A DNA stretch of 64,000 nt, from positions 71,610,001 through 71,674,000 of the forward strand of contig OZ320316.1 of assembly GCA_976226885.1 (NCBI GenBank), written 5' to 3'. Both the position numbers and the translations under genes were made by a program. Positions 1 through 12,750 of this stretch are shown here, piece by piece. The stretch's first letter is position 1, and every line of letters begins with the position of its first letter. Under the pieces are notes generated by a model. That model worked only from the letters and a program-made list of their open reading frames with translations. It made no database searches and was not told where the DNA came from. This DNA comes from Iphione sp. A-MEVVRFRX5. Taxonomy: Eukaryota.

Positions 1-3000
1 ATTCTGCTCATTATAGAGAAAATGGCATTCTAGGCGCCTGGGGAAGATTTTGCCCTCCCACAATGAGCAAACTCCATGGCAGGGGCACAGAACAAGCATC
101 CCGCGCGCATGTTACTACAGAAAGGAGAATTTCTTCACTCTAGAGAGAGGTGCTGAAGTTCTAGAGCCAAGGGGTACATGTTCTTGTATGTGAGAATACC
201 ATAAATGCCAAGTGAGCTACTCCAGCTTCATCTCCAGCTTTCTTTTCCCAGTGATGCAACACCTTAAATTATCCCTTAAACCTTAAATATCTTTTAGCCA
301 TACCATCTTGAAGAAAAAAGAATCATCTAATCCAACTATATGTGAAAATGTTATGTTAATTGCTTTACCCATGTTTGCAGGTTTTCTGTTCGCTACCAGT
401 GGCATGGTGCAGGCGGCCCAGACCTCCCCACCACCTGACATGGGGCTTATCCTCATGTACATGGGTTATATGCACTCTTTCTTGTAAAACATGTTAGTTC
501 TTAAAATTTCGTACTAATTTGCATATCATTTGCATAAAATATTAAAAATAACCTTTTTGTTGAAAGAGGGACATATCGGTGGAACGTTTTGCAAGTATAA
601 AATATATGTAATGTTAAAATTTTCATATCATTTGCATAAAAAGCCACAAAATTTACAATAATATGGCCCACTTTCAACAAAAAGTCACAAAATTTCCACC
701 GTCACTCTTACTGTACTTTGTTGTCTTGAATAAATCTGATGTAAACGATACCCGGACAAGTAAACGCGACCCACTCCTACTCATCCAAACACCTCTTTCG
801 TCAAATTGCTTCCGGACAAACAATAACCTGGATCTTCAGACAAAAAATAGAACTGAGAAATACTCAAGAGACAGTCAAGCACACTGGACAACTGAGACCT
901 ACGAGTGTAGTCTAACAGTATATGTGGATTAACAAGTAAAATTAGCAGTAAGTGTACTACTTTTTTGTTTCAAAATTCAATCAGTATTGGCTTTAGCGGC
1001 AAGGGTACACTGGAAAAATAATTTTCCAAAAATTCCCAAAATGGATTTCCTACTGCAAAAAGCAAATTATTTAAAGAGCTCGGATGTTCACTCTTTCCTT
1101 ATTTTTTAGCTGCTTCTACTTTTTGTTATTTAATCCGGTAATGATTTTCGCGCTCTCCTTCTCTGGGTAAACGTTGGCCCCCACCTGGCAGCCCGGGAGA
1201 CGATGAGGCTTTGGGTGACTGCGACCTGATCGCCATGACGCGCACGTGAGCCAAGTCAGCTTGCGCAGGCTACTTACAACGAAAGTACATTAGGATAGTT
1301 TGCATTTCAGGCAGTCTCTGTCCAGCCCTGGCCTGGCCTTTCCGCTTTGTTTAGGTCTAACCGCCCTGCGTCAGTCTGGATGTCCGGAAGAGGGGAGAGA
1401 CCTTACCATAGCCACTTAGTGGCGAACGGTGTCCTATTCCATCCAACTCCATGGTATGCATTGCTGCTGTCATGCAGTTCCAAGGCAGCACATTTTAAAT
1501 GGCTGCTAAAATTTAAAGGATTTTGGAGGTAATATACATGCGTCAGTTAAGAAAACACGATTGCACACGGTTTATGTATCATGATGATGACAGATAATAA
1601 AATTACAAGAACCAATTAACATTAGCGACACACTATATCGGTGCAGATTTTCTGTTGCACTTAAAATAGAATTCTATTTATATAATTTTTGTTATCCAGG
1701 CGGACACTTATTTTTTTTATATTTTATTTAAATTTATACTCATCACCTTTCTGAGATCATTGAAACAAAACGGCTATAGAGTTTACCGGCAGGAATATGA
1801 TATAATTTGTTATTTGATATGGGTATTCGCGCTGCATGAAATGTGTTCGAGGAAAATCTGTACAAAATTGAAGCTGATACACCCCTGAAACATAAATGAG
1901 ATTACAGAATTAATGCTGTAAAGTTGTGTACTAACACAATGCAAATAAGGTTGGAATATAAAAGGAGCAATGTGATATCTCTATATGCACAGCATTCTAG
2001 GGAATGTAACCAATATTCTTTTTGTCACTGCTTCAGTGATGTGTGAAGTTAAGCCAGGAGGTGGTGGCAATTCAAGCAGCATAGCACAACTTCACACGCT
2101 CTTGATTGGAACCTCAATTATTTTGATGGAATGAATGTCATGCGTGCGATGACTAGGCCAGCTAATGAAACCGATTGCATGACGAAAGCTAGGGGCAATA
2201 GAGTTTAATAGATACGGTTGAATGATTTAACCAGCTCATTGATTTATTATTAGACGTACCGACGGTTCAGTCAGAGAGAAAGGAAACCTGCCACCATTGG
2301 CAGCTTGCGTATTCCGAGCATCTCTGAGCAACAGGTACCTGCTCATTTAGCGTGTGGATTGACATACGTGTCGGGCATCACTTCCCAGGGAAGGGGGGCT
2401 AGGGAGAATTTCAGTGATGTGTAGATTTTACGAGTTGGATAAACTCTTGTTAGGCTTTGGGGCGTCAGGGAACAGATGTCATGTGTTGTACGATTTCACA
2501 ACTGGATTGCTTGTCTTCTACCATTTAGTACAATTGATACCCTATGGTTACAGTGTAATTTATGTCTGAAAGTGTCTTTCTAAGGATAGGCATGAACTGA
2601 CAAGGAGCTGCAATTAAATATGTAAAGTAGAGTGAAGTACGTCTTTAATTGGTGGATCTTTAATTTTTTATGGATATAAGGCCTTGCATAGGTTGGTTCA
2701 AACCCATCACTACATGCTTGCATATAGGATATACAGACTAATACTTCTTCAAAAGAGATTTCCTCCTTTCTGCATTGGAGCTAGTGATAGATATCATATC
2801 AGCCAATGGAAAAGACATTAAATGGGGTTTCCATAGGACTCTAATAGGTCATCTCTCTAGAATAGGTGACACAAATCAGTCATACTCTGTGCAAATACAT
2901 GTAATTCATATTGCTTACTAAATTTTCAGATTTAAAGTCTATTTTGTATCAATCTTGTGTATTTCCCTCTTCCTCTGTCTCTTATCTAAATTGTGCACCA

Positions 3001-6000
3001 GGGACTATCAGGGAAATTATTAGGTGGCTGGGGGGAGAGTAACCACAAACACACCTATTTTTTCCTAATTGTCTTAAATCTATAACACAACCTGATCAAA
3101 TAGAAAGTATATTACAATTAGCTGAGGACGAACTTGGCGCACGTCTGTGTCTACACTAAAAAATGCTACCGATTCTGTTAGGATTGTCTATACGGCATAA
3201 GGTGACCAACGGCGCCACATAGGAATGTCCTGCGTTTAGCTAACCCGATAAATCATGTAGGTGGATCTAGCAGATTATGCGCTAAGCTGCGCTAAGGGAT
3301 CTCCTCCTGGCGTCGATTCTCTAACCGCATTAGACTAATCCCAAGGATGGCTAGCCTCACAGAATTGGCATGTGACCACTAGGGAAGCGTCCGTCAGTAG
3401 CGGGCTCTGACAGTGGTGCCCATCGTGACACCTATACGGCATAAGGGTTGTATGATGTGAGTAGAGGCATCCGGCCCTGTCGGCAAGCTGCAAACCAGGG
3501 GCCACCTGCTGCTTGGTAGTCTTCGGTAGTTTGTCCAACCGGTGGGCGTCATATTCAAGTCGTGTGCAACTCAATTGCCACGTTATCCGTAAGTTGTTAG
3601 AGCCATATTTTCATGGCGCATGTAAAACGCTGCGGTCGGGATGTTTTGGTTTGATGAATGATGTGGATGATGATGAGAGGGGATAAACCGGATCCATCTT
3701 TCATGCTTCTTTCTCATTCTATTTCCTGTTTGTCGACTGGACTCATTGCCCGACTTCTTTTTTTGTGGAGCGATGTCTGTTTTTTTGCCCATACACGATC
3801 TAGATTCTGAGGTTAATCTGTTCCAAGTGCTGACCTAAAAATATCTGCACAAAACATGTATACATGTACAGGCAAGCGTATAACACGCCATAAAATGCGA
3901 TATTCTGATCCGTTCGGGCTGTACCTATATTGTCAGCGTTTTCCGGCACAACAATTGGTATACAATGACTGCGATAGTACACTGCTCTTAAAGCCTTTTA
4001 AAGACTCCTTAGCAAGGAATAACTGGTGCAGTTTGGTATAGCTAATTCGAATTGTTTAATTTTCCTTTCATTGCATGATGCGCCAGAGTAGGCTCTACTG
4101 AATTAGTTACGTCACTAATAGCAATCCTTATTTAACGTTCTTCTAAGTCCACGATGAAGTGTAGTGCCTCTAACCTAAAATCCGGCTTTTCCTATGACGT
4201 TGACTGACAAATCATGAGGAGTAGCACCGTAGTATTTTTAGTTGTGACAATTTTTTAAAATTAAAAACCATATATTCTCAAGTCTCACCAGAACGATGAG
4301 AAGAAATTGTGCCTTTTTGATTTTAAAGGAACTAGATGCCTCGCAAGAAATGCTGAGGAAACACATCAAGATGGGTGAAGGCCATTATGGATCTCAGATC
4401 GAACGTCCATTGTGCCTGATAATCTTGTTTCTTCTTTTATCCTAATTACGCTCATCATTATCATATCAAAATATTTTTCTGATAATGACGCCAACTGTCA
4501 GTTTGTGTGCAAATAGTTTCCTTTATAAAAAGACTAAATGATGGTGACCATAATGAACTAGTTCAGTGTCTCACAGGATTTGTCTGTGAACAAATTCAGA
4601 CTGCGGCGATATTCTCGGGTGTGGGGAGGCCGATATTCTCTATACCCAAGCCCAGATCGGCTGGCAGGTTCTCTATTGTGGTCCCATGTTGCTGCAGGCA
4701 GTCCATCATCCAGAGATGGCTTAGCCGGACTAGGTTAATCCCCTGGAAGATTAGAACGAATATCTCTGCGACTGTGGATCTGGTAGTCACTTTCGTTCCG
4801 CTTCCGGAGAATCTTACTCAGGGGAATGCGTATATAGGCAACGGGTTGAAATTATATACAGTGTATGTATGCATATATATGTACACATATATATACGGTA
4901 ATTTTGTAGGGGAATGAATACTTTGCAGTTTAATAAAGTGAAGGCTATGAAGCTTGTTAAAATTGTGGTATTTATAACTGCCAAAGTTAACAGTGCACAT
5001 GCACATCATACTCTCAAAGAGAGAGAAATTAAAAGTGACATTTTGAACTATTTCACCTCCTAGTAGGTCTTGTCAGGTCAGGCGATAGGTGTGAGGTGCT
5101 CCCGGCTGGAGCAGCTCAGCTGGTGGCGGGGCCAGAACTAATCCCATCACATTGTGCCTACCTAATGAGGATTATCCACCCAGGAGAAGACTCCTGTTAA
5201 GTCCGTCTCTCTGTGGTCCGCTGCTGAGGAATTGGTTTGGCTCTTCTCGCTAGACTTGCTTGCAAATGTGGATATGAATCTACTTTTAGATGAGGACTAT
5301 TCATTAGACGGAATAAACATGAGAATATCGATGCGAAGATGATGTGCCAGCGTTTGGAGCAAATTGGCGACATTTCTTAATAAGTAGGAACACCAGTTTA
5401 ACCTTGCAAGGATGACGTTTTTCCTACTATCGTTACCGTCTTCCTAAATGAAATGTCACGCATACATACTTATTTTACTGTTGGTTTATTCATTTCTTCC
5501 CCTGCCCTGCTGCATTTTCATCTGTGGGTTGTACTTCAGAATTGTATAGGCTGCTACGATTGTGTAATTTGCTATTTCGGATAAACTTGTTATTATTATC
5601 CCTTCTGATGAAGTTTAATCCTTTATGAAAACTTACCCCATTTGAAGCATACAGAAAGATAATAATTGTTGAAAGCAATTTGAGTTAGCTCTAAGGCGGA
5701 TACTACGATTTCACTAACTGCATGGTTAAGTGGCCTAAAGAAATACTTGAATTTGATCATGAAATTAATCGGATGCAAACTTTTGGATCTCAACCAACTA
5801 GGGGATCTACCTTGTTGAAATATGAGTGGCTCAAACATTCAAGGTAATTTAGACTTTTGCCTGAGGAGAACATATAACCAGGTTAATATTTAAAAAATAG
5901 GGGGAAACAAAGTACGGCCATAGGTCTACTTAACTGCTCCTAGCCAACAAACCAGATAGTTCTCCATTTGGAATGGACCCTATTTGTCCCAAATAAATTT

Positions 6001-6442
6001 ATATGTGGATTACTTAGAAAAGGCTTATCAAAAGGCTTAACAGAGTATATGCGATCTGCATTAATTAATTCCACTTTATGTTTGCCAATAACCTCGTGTG
6101 AACGCATTGTGTGGTCAGGAACTTCTCCGTAGTTTACAGGGATATATATCTCTATATATTTAAGAAAGGAGTAAATTTGTGTAGAGATTAGCAGGTAGAT
6201 AACATGTGCAAGTAAAGTGCTACCTCCTTGCACATGAATCTTCTGGATCCACCACTCTGTGCGTGGAGAGCGGAGGGACTATTCCAAGAAGTTAAGATAG
6301 AATTGTACCCATGCATGCAGGCCACCTGATCCTGCCACCTGACGCATGCGTGCCAATCGGTGAAAGAGCATGACACCCAGACCCCGCCACCTCATGGGGG
6401 CTGAGAAGAGCCCTCAAAACAGTGGAAGATGTTATAAAACTC

Positions 6443-6590
6443 GGGCAAATCTGCCAAAAAAACCCGGCAAAATTCAGACAAATTTTGCCAAAAAAATGGC
6501 AAAAACTGAGGCAAATCAGCTGAAAAACGGCAAACCTGAGGCAAATTGGCTGAAAAACAGAAACACTGATGCAATTTGACCTGAAACTTG
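6443..6590. repeat. Degenerate ~30-bp minisatellite
   Basis: About five units such as ggcaaaaactgaggcaaatcagctgaaaaac / ggcaaacctgaggcaaattggctgaaaaac. It explains the overlapping ORFs here. Confidence 0.8.
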
Positions 6591-7449
6591 CCAATACAGG
6601 CAGTGCATATTACACATGTACATGGGGATAAGCCCCGCACCAGGTGCCGCGGAGGTCCAGGCATCCTGAACCATGCACCAAGTAGCTTACATATAGTAAG
6701 CGTACATGGAGTTAGCACTTAAAGCAGTGCATGTGACAGAAACGTACCATCATTTAACAAACACTCTATGAGACGTGCAGATGAGAACTAGGTTCAAATT
6801 AAGACAGAGCCTCATGATGTTGACATATATAGTGATTTCGATTGTCGATGATGTGACTAGTCAACCGCAGTTTTGGCTTCGGGGCAGTCCGCTAACTATC
6901 CAATGCATTGTGCTGTTTTACTTCTCTTGCTTTAGTCTATTCTGCCTATACGGTAGCTGTTACCCATCAAGGGCTGTTTACGTTAATTTACATGGTGTCA
7001 GCTGGAGGGGCACAAGGGATGGTTTTGATTTATAGCTAGTGACGACCTGTACCAAGGCACCCCATCTATTTCTGACTTACATATATATAATATTTACACC
7101 GTGTTCCATTTGGGGGTAGAATCATTCCTAAACTGCTGAAAATGTTGAGGCAGAGAGAACTGAAAAAACAATTGAAAACCTCTACGACAGCAAGAACACT
7201 ACACTGCCAAGGGATATTGCCACTACAACACTAGATCCCCCTTATGAGACCACCAGGGTGGGTACCTTTCATCCTTTCCTATTCTGGATGACGGAATGCA
7301 CACCGAAAGGACACCAAGCTAAGCCCACTATAGAGGACCTTCGAAGTACAAAACACGTCAACTGCCTATAAATAGTATATTTATATCAATAAATAAGCAA
7401 GTTATTTTGCTATCCTACCGTAATTATGTCTTCACGCCTTATCATAGGT

Positions 7450-8152
7450 GCTGGAGCATTGTGGCGTCCAGCATTCGTCATCAATCAACACTCTCGTTAA
7501 AGATCTTGCTGTGTGCAGCTATGTTCTTTCACAATTAGCAAATATTGGAAGAAATGTACTATTAATCATCCACCTCCAGTGGGGAAAACTACTTTATAAG
7601 GAAGAGATGCAGGGTGATGTAACTAAGAAAGAAGAGATTTCCAATGATATCAAGGACTTTGGTCAGGTTTTGTCGGATGGATGGATTGAGGTTTTCGTGA
7701 GAACAAGTCTTATTCATCAAATGAGAAGAAGGTCCATGACGAAGGATCTGATGCTTCTTCGTCCTCAAGCAGAAGTGATGACTCAGAAGACTCAGAGATG
7801 GACGAGAAGGCTGAGGCAAGAAGGAAGGACATGAGATCAAGGACGAGGCATGGTAAGAGACTTAAGAGGTACGCCAAAGAGGATGCATCAGTAACTTTCA
7901 ACAGCTGATGGTGGGTTCCTTAGATCCGTTCAAGAAACTAGAGGTAAGAATGTGGAGTCATACATCAACCGTTTTTCGTTTCTGGCCACGAGGGCATTAA
8001 CAAAGGCGTAAAATATAAAGTCATTGATTAACTACGACAAGGAAATGTGAATGAAGGCCAGCAAGAAGGGTACTAGTGCACTTTGCCATTGTGACACTGA
8101 GGCAATCTACAAATACATGGGCGTGGATGCAACTGATGCGGTCTATGTATAG
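7450..8152 (+). pseudogene. Probable gag/ORF1 relic of the DIRS/Ngaro-like element
   Basis: A Ser/Asp-rich then basic tract (SDASSSSSRSDDSEDSEMDEKAEARRKDMRSRTRHGKRLKR) is followed by YINRFSFLATRALTKA*NIKSLINYDKEM*MKASKKGTSALCHCDTEAIYKYM. This resembles the YD..(F/M)R...D.E pattern I recall from DIRS-group gag proteins. Same strand as, and upstream of, the pol/YR relic. Confidence 0.45.
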
Positions 8153-10199
8153 ACGTTATATATAAATATATAATGTAATGATTTACATATATGCCATAAA
8201 GTGCATTGTTATATGTGAACTAGCCTGTTAAGAAGGAATGTTCATGTACTATAAGAAACTGTGGCACCACACCAGCTGCTATTACTGAATAAAGTGGTGA
8301 CAGGCATATCTGTGGCACCATGACAGCTACTGTCACTGAATAAAGTTGTGCTATAAGAAAAAGGTTGAGGCACTTTGGAATCACTCTATCTTATAGTGAT
8401 ACAATATATAATTATGCTCTAAGTGTAGGAAACACACCGACACGACACAGGAGGTCAGGTTTAGGACGGCTTTATATAATTATGCCATGGTTGGTGGGGG
8501 ATATGAAAGCCGTAGCCCATCATGGCTGTGGAAGTATAGGTTTGGTATTCGGTAGCAATGTCATTTGGGGCTTGATTGGTCAAAAACGGTCAAAGCAAAC
8601 CACGATTGCTTACATTAGTTCAGTTAAGCTGCTCATGTGAGCAGGGCCTTTAATATATGAAGATATATACATATATAAACCTTGTTTGACACAGTAAATG
8701 ACTTACACGTGTTGGGGAACTCCTTTATTGCAACTTACACAATGACAACATGCAAGGTAGATAAAGATGCTCTCAAAGGACTCTGACTTAGTTTCAATCC
8801 TGAAAATGAATCTTTTCTAACAACTGTGTTCTATTTTGCATTAGACTTTGTGTAAAACAAAATGTATAAGGTACATGACAAAGAAAATGGATATTGAATA
8901 TCACGTCGGATGGATATACAGGAACAAATTTGCGATGGAATCGATATCTGTATCATGAAAAAACAAAAAAACCCGGAGAAAACAGCACCATGTATCTGAA
9001 CAGGAAGAGGCGTTACTTTGGAGCCTTTGGGATTATTTTCCAGCCACTTCTCAAACAGATCCTCTGCAGAAATACATAAATAGACTAAAATGATTAATGA
9101 ATGTAATATGACTATATATTGATGGTTTACTTACTAAATACAGTGCAGATAAACTATACCATTTTAGTACATAGCTTTATATGAATATTACTGATACTCA
9201 ATACAATGTTTGGGTATTCATTGTATCATTGGTATTCAATACAGTCATTTAGGTAGGATTACGTAGTTTCGTCTCCAGGTGGCATTATATCCGCTCTAGT
9301 TAATAATCATGTCAGGCCGAGACATCCCTCACGGTACCGTCGCACTGAAAAAGTTTCACTGGATTCTCTGAGACTTGTTCAGTAATCCTGTCAAATTCAT
9401 CCAGAGTAAACAATTACTGATGGCTTTACATTATAGATGTGCTATATTGCTTATGGTAATCTCCATGTGCCGAAGAAAACCCGCTCAGTAGGTATGGACT
9501 TGAAACTGTAAGCCCTTCAAACTTAGGTTACTTTACAGTGATCTATTGTGTGAATTAATACAGTGACACACACAACTCCTTTTACCTAGACTTGTAACAC
9601 ACATTAGTGACAGTTTATAATCTACGTATGCAGTCTCCGGCTAAGGGAAGACTAAATTTATCATTACAGGTAGCTTTTACTACATTAGTAATAGAGGCAC
9701 CTGGAACATTTGAAGGCATACAGTTCTTGACATAACCTTGGACATGGTAGGTGACAACGGTCCTTGAAATCCACTGAATTCTAGCTCGATATATTCATAC
9801 CCTATTCAATCGGAGGGGCATGGATATGATGGGGCAATGCAAGCGAGGGGTACCTGCAGACTAGTACATGTACTCCCTCCCCCTTTTGTGGGGCTATATA
9901 AGGAACAGTAGCTGCCTCAGTCGTCCTCATTCCCTCGCGAAACGGTCAGATAAATGCTTATCAGAAGATCACCTAATCTAGTGCCTCAAAAAAAATGATG
10001 GCCCCTCGGGGCCTAGAGGGCAGGGGGGTACAAAGGACGACAGGATGACGAGACTTAACCCCCATCCACACTACCTTATGGTGGTACAATAGACTGTAAT
10101 GCGGTTAGAAGGCAGTGTGACATGGACACCCCTGACTTCAGGGGAATATATGCATGTAAACATGCTAGCCCCACACTGACAGCAAAGTTGGTCCGCACC

Positions 10200-12750
10200 A
10201 GACAAACATGTACTAGAGAGCCGTGCAGCCCAAATGTATAACTGTGTCAGGGCAACAGGTCTGCCCAATGTTAGAGGAGCCAAGGTACTGGTGGACTCAC
10301 ACTTGAATGTCACCGCGTAGGTGCATGACCTTGGCCAAGATGTACATGACCCACAATTGATTGACTTGATAAGGTACGGTTTCCCATTGGGATATTTGGG
10401 CCCTGCGTCAAGTATTACCCCAGTGTGACAACCATCCACCAGTTGTACTGAGGCGGTGGATGCACACATCACAAAGAAGCCGGAACAGGGTGTGCTGGAG
10501 GCCCCTTATAATAGCCCTCCATTCAAGGAATGGATCCATACATCCCTGTTGATGTCCAGGCCGAAGATATATTCTGTATCGTGTAGAATTATTACAGACA
10601 TTTCCTCCCCCTGAAGCCTCCATTAATGCCTATGTGGCAAAGAATGTGGTCCTACGGGTTCAACAAGATCACTCTTGGCCAACCATCGATTCTGTCAGAT
10701 CAGGGCAGTCGGACTTGAGGCTAGGCTATTTACTATGGGTACAGCCAAACCATATAAGAACTTTCCCTGCTGCCTGTTGGACTGGCTGCTACTCTGTCTC
10801 AGGTGGCGGGATAAGTACTACCTGGACAGGAGTATATTCTTCGGGTTTTGACGTTCTGCTAACCACATGCAGAGAGTGGTAGGTGTAGCGGTACGAAGTC
10901 CGGAGAGTGAAGGCATAATGGCACAAATGTACCTAGATGACTTGATCGTCATGGCAGCAAGGATGGAGGAGGGTAATCGGGCCATCACATGCATGTATAG
11001 GCTATTTGCTCCCCTGGGACCCCCAGTTGCGGACAACAGGACTCAACCCCCATGTTGCATCGTCGTGTGGCTGGGCATCAGTATCGATAACAAGATGATG
11101 ACACTCTCTATCCTGAGGGAGAAGACAGAAGAGGTGCTTGGAGAGGTGAATGAGGCACGGAAGCACAATACAATCACAAAGAAGTCCCTCCAGACCCTCC
11201 TGGTTAGGCTCCTCTACATCGCTCGATGTGTCCACCTGACAAGGCTTTTTGTCGCTAGGTTGCTTGACCTCAGGGTGGCTAAGGGCAGGCACCTAAGACT
11301 GGGGAGTGACGCAAGGAACGACCTGGCGTGGTTCACCGAATTCCTGCCGACATGGAATGAAGTGGAGATCATAGACTCGAAGAAGACCAAGAAGGTCATC
11401 GTGACTGATGCCTGCCTCGAGGGATTGGGCGTCGGAGACGGTTCCCGGTTCCATGTGATCCGGTGCCAAGACGAGCTTCATGGTCTTCATTTCAGTCAAC
11501 TGGATGCTGGCCGTGCGGGTATTCACGTCCAGAGACGATATGGGTACAGTGGTAGTCGTACAGTGTGACAATCCAGCCCTCCAAGTGTATCAGAATGGGA
11601 GGGGAAGGGATCCTATTCTGCTGGCCTGTGAACAGGCATTGTGACTTGACCAGGTGAGGACTGCAGTGGAGTTGGGATATGAACTTGACCCCGGTGAGTG
11701 AATGGAGCTGGTCGATCCCCTATCCAGGTGGCAAACACACCCGAGGTTCCGTTTTGTGGCGAGAGACTTAATCCAGGCAGGAGCCATGAATGTTGTTGAA
11801 CCTAATTGTGCGCTGTTCTCATAGTTCTCTTAGTACCAGATCCGGCTGAGTATGTCTTGGCAGGTGAGGCTCCTCGTTTGGTGGCCTCTGCCCGTACTCC
11901 TGGGAGGATGACCAACTGACATGCAGCTTCAATGAACTACCTGATGTTCTGCTGGAGATTTAGAGCATCCCCACTGTCCCCTATGACGATGCAGGGTGTC
12001 ATGTATATCTACTGTCTGATGAGCTACATGCAGTCTCCCTGCTCCAGGGTAATGCCGTCTCTGCCCTCCATGAATTCCTGAAGGACAAGGGTCAGCGGAT
12101 GTCTGCATTTGGCTCTTAGGCCTGCTCTGCTTGCCCTCGATGGCGCCTACCGCGTCAAGACACGTATGCTCCAGCGCCACCTTCTGCTGGAACCAGGTGT
12201 CTTTAAGAGGCTGCTGAGGAATCTGTCGGGGGTTATTCTTCATTTTGCTTTTCTGTTACTATATTACACAGGGTTTCACCAATCTGAACTAGCCCTTTGG
12301 ATGGCCAGGGAATCTGATGATACGTGCCATCTCCCGCACGCAGACGTCCATGCAGTTGTAGATTCCCTGATCATCAACCAGAGGTGGTCCAAGACCATGC
12401 AGTCATTCGATCAGACACGGATAGTGCCAGAAGAGGATGATCCCCTCCTGTGTGTCATATAGGCGTTCCGGGGCCCTACCCCGGGGTACTCCGATGTGAC
12501 ATCTCAGTCAGTCGCTCCTGGACAATCAAGGTGACTACAGCCCGGTGACTGCCCAGCGGTTGAACAGCCAGTTCAAAGTCATGTTAGGGTTCTTAGGGAT
12601 CGATCCTGGACCATATTCATTGCATATTCTCAGGAGAACAGGCGCTACCATTGCCTTTCTGAATGGATGTGATCTGCAGAGTATTCAAGCATTCGGTAAT
12701 TGGTCGAGTGATGCTTACACAAATATATACATACTTGTAACGCGCATATA
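10200..12750 (+). mobile_element. Degenerate DIRS/Ngaro-like tyrosine-recombinase retrotransposon (RT, RNase H, YR)
   Basis: Frameshifted fragments in order: PNVRGAKVLVDSHLN...DLIRYGFPLGY (~10264-10400); RT with YLDD in ORF 10867-11568; RNase H VIVTDACLEGLG (~11395); YR N-terminus YLMFC (~11937), RWSKT (ORF 12109-12462) and catalytic HILRRTGAT...GNWSSDAY (ORF 12545-12751). No methyltransferase domain is seen between RNase H and YR, which favours Ngaro-like. No terminal repeats found. Confidence 0.9.

Noticed and set aside
379-464. Exon-like segment after tttgcAG
   Set aside because: No frame gives a recognisable protein, the donor is weak, and it is unrelated to the CA10 N-terminus.
8095-8152. 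EAIYKYMGVDATD resembles the piggyBac YNKYMGGVD..D motif
   Set aside because: The conserved N and G are missing, there are no other piggyBac motifs, and the context fits DIRS-group gag better.
8971-9093. RKQHHVSEQEEALLW resembles the Crypton/DUF3504 KQA..I..EEE.LLW motif
   Set aside because: Similarity stops after LW, the fragment is ~40 aa, and no other Crypton motif is seen.
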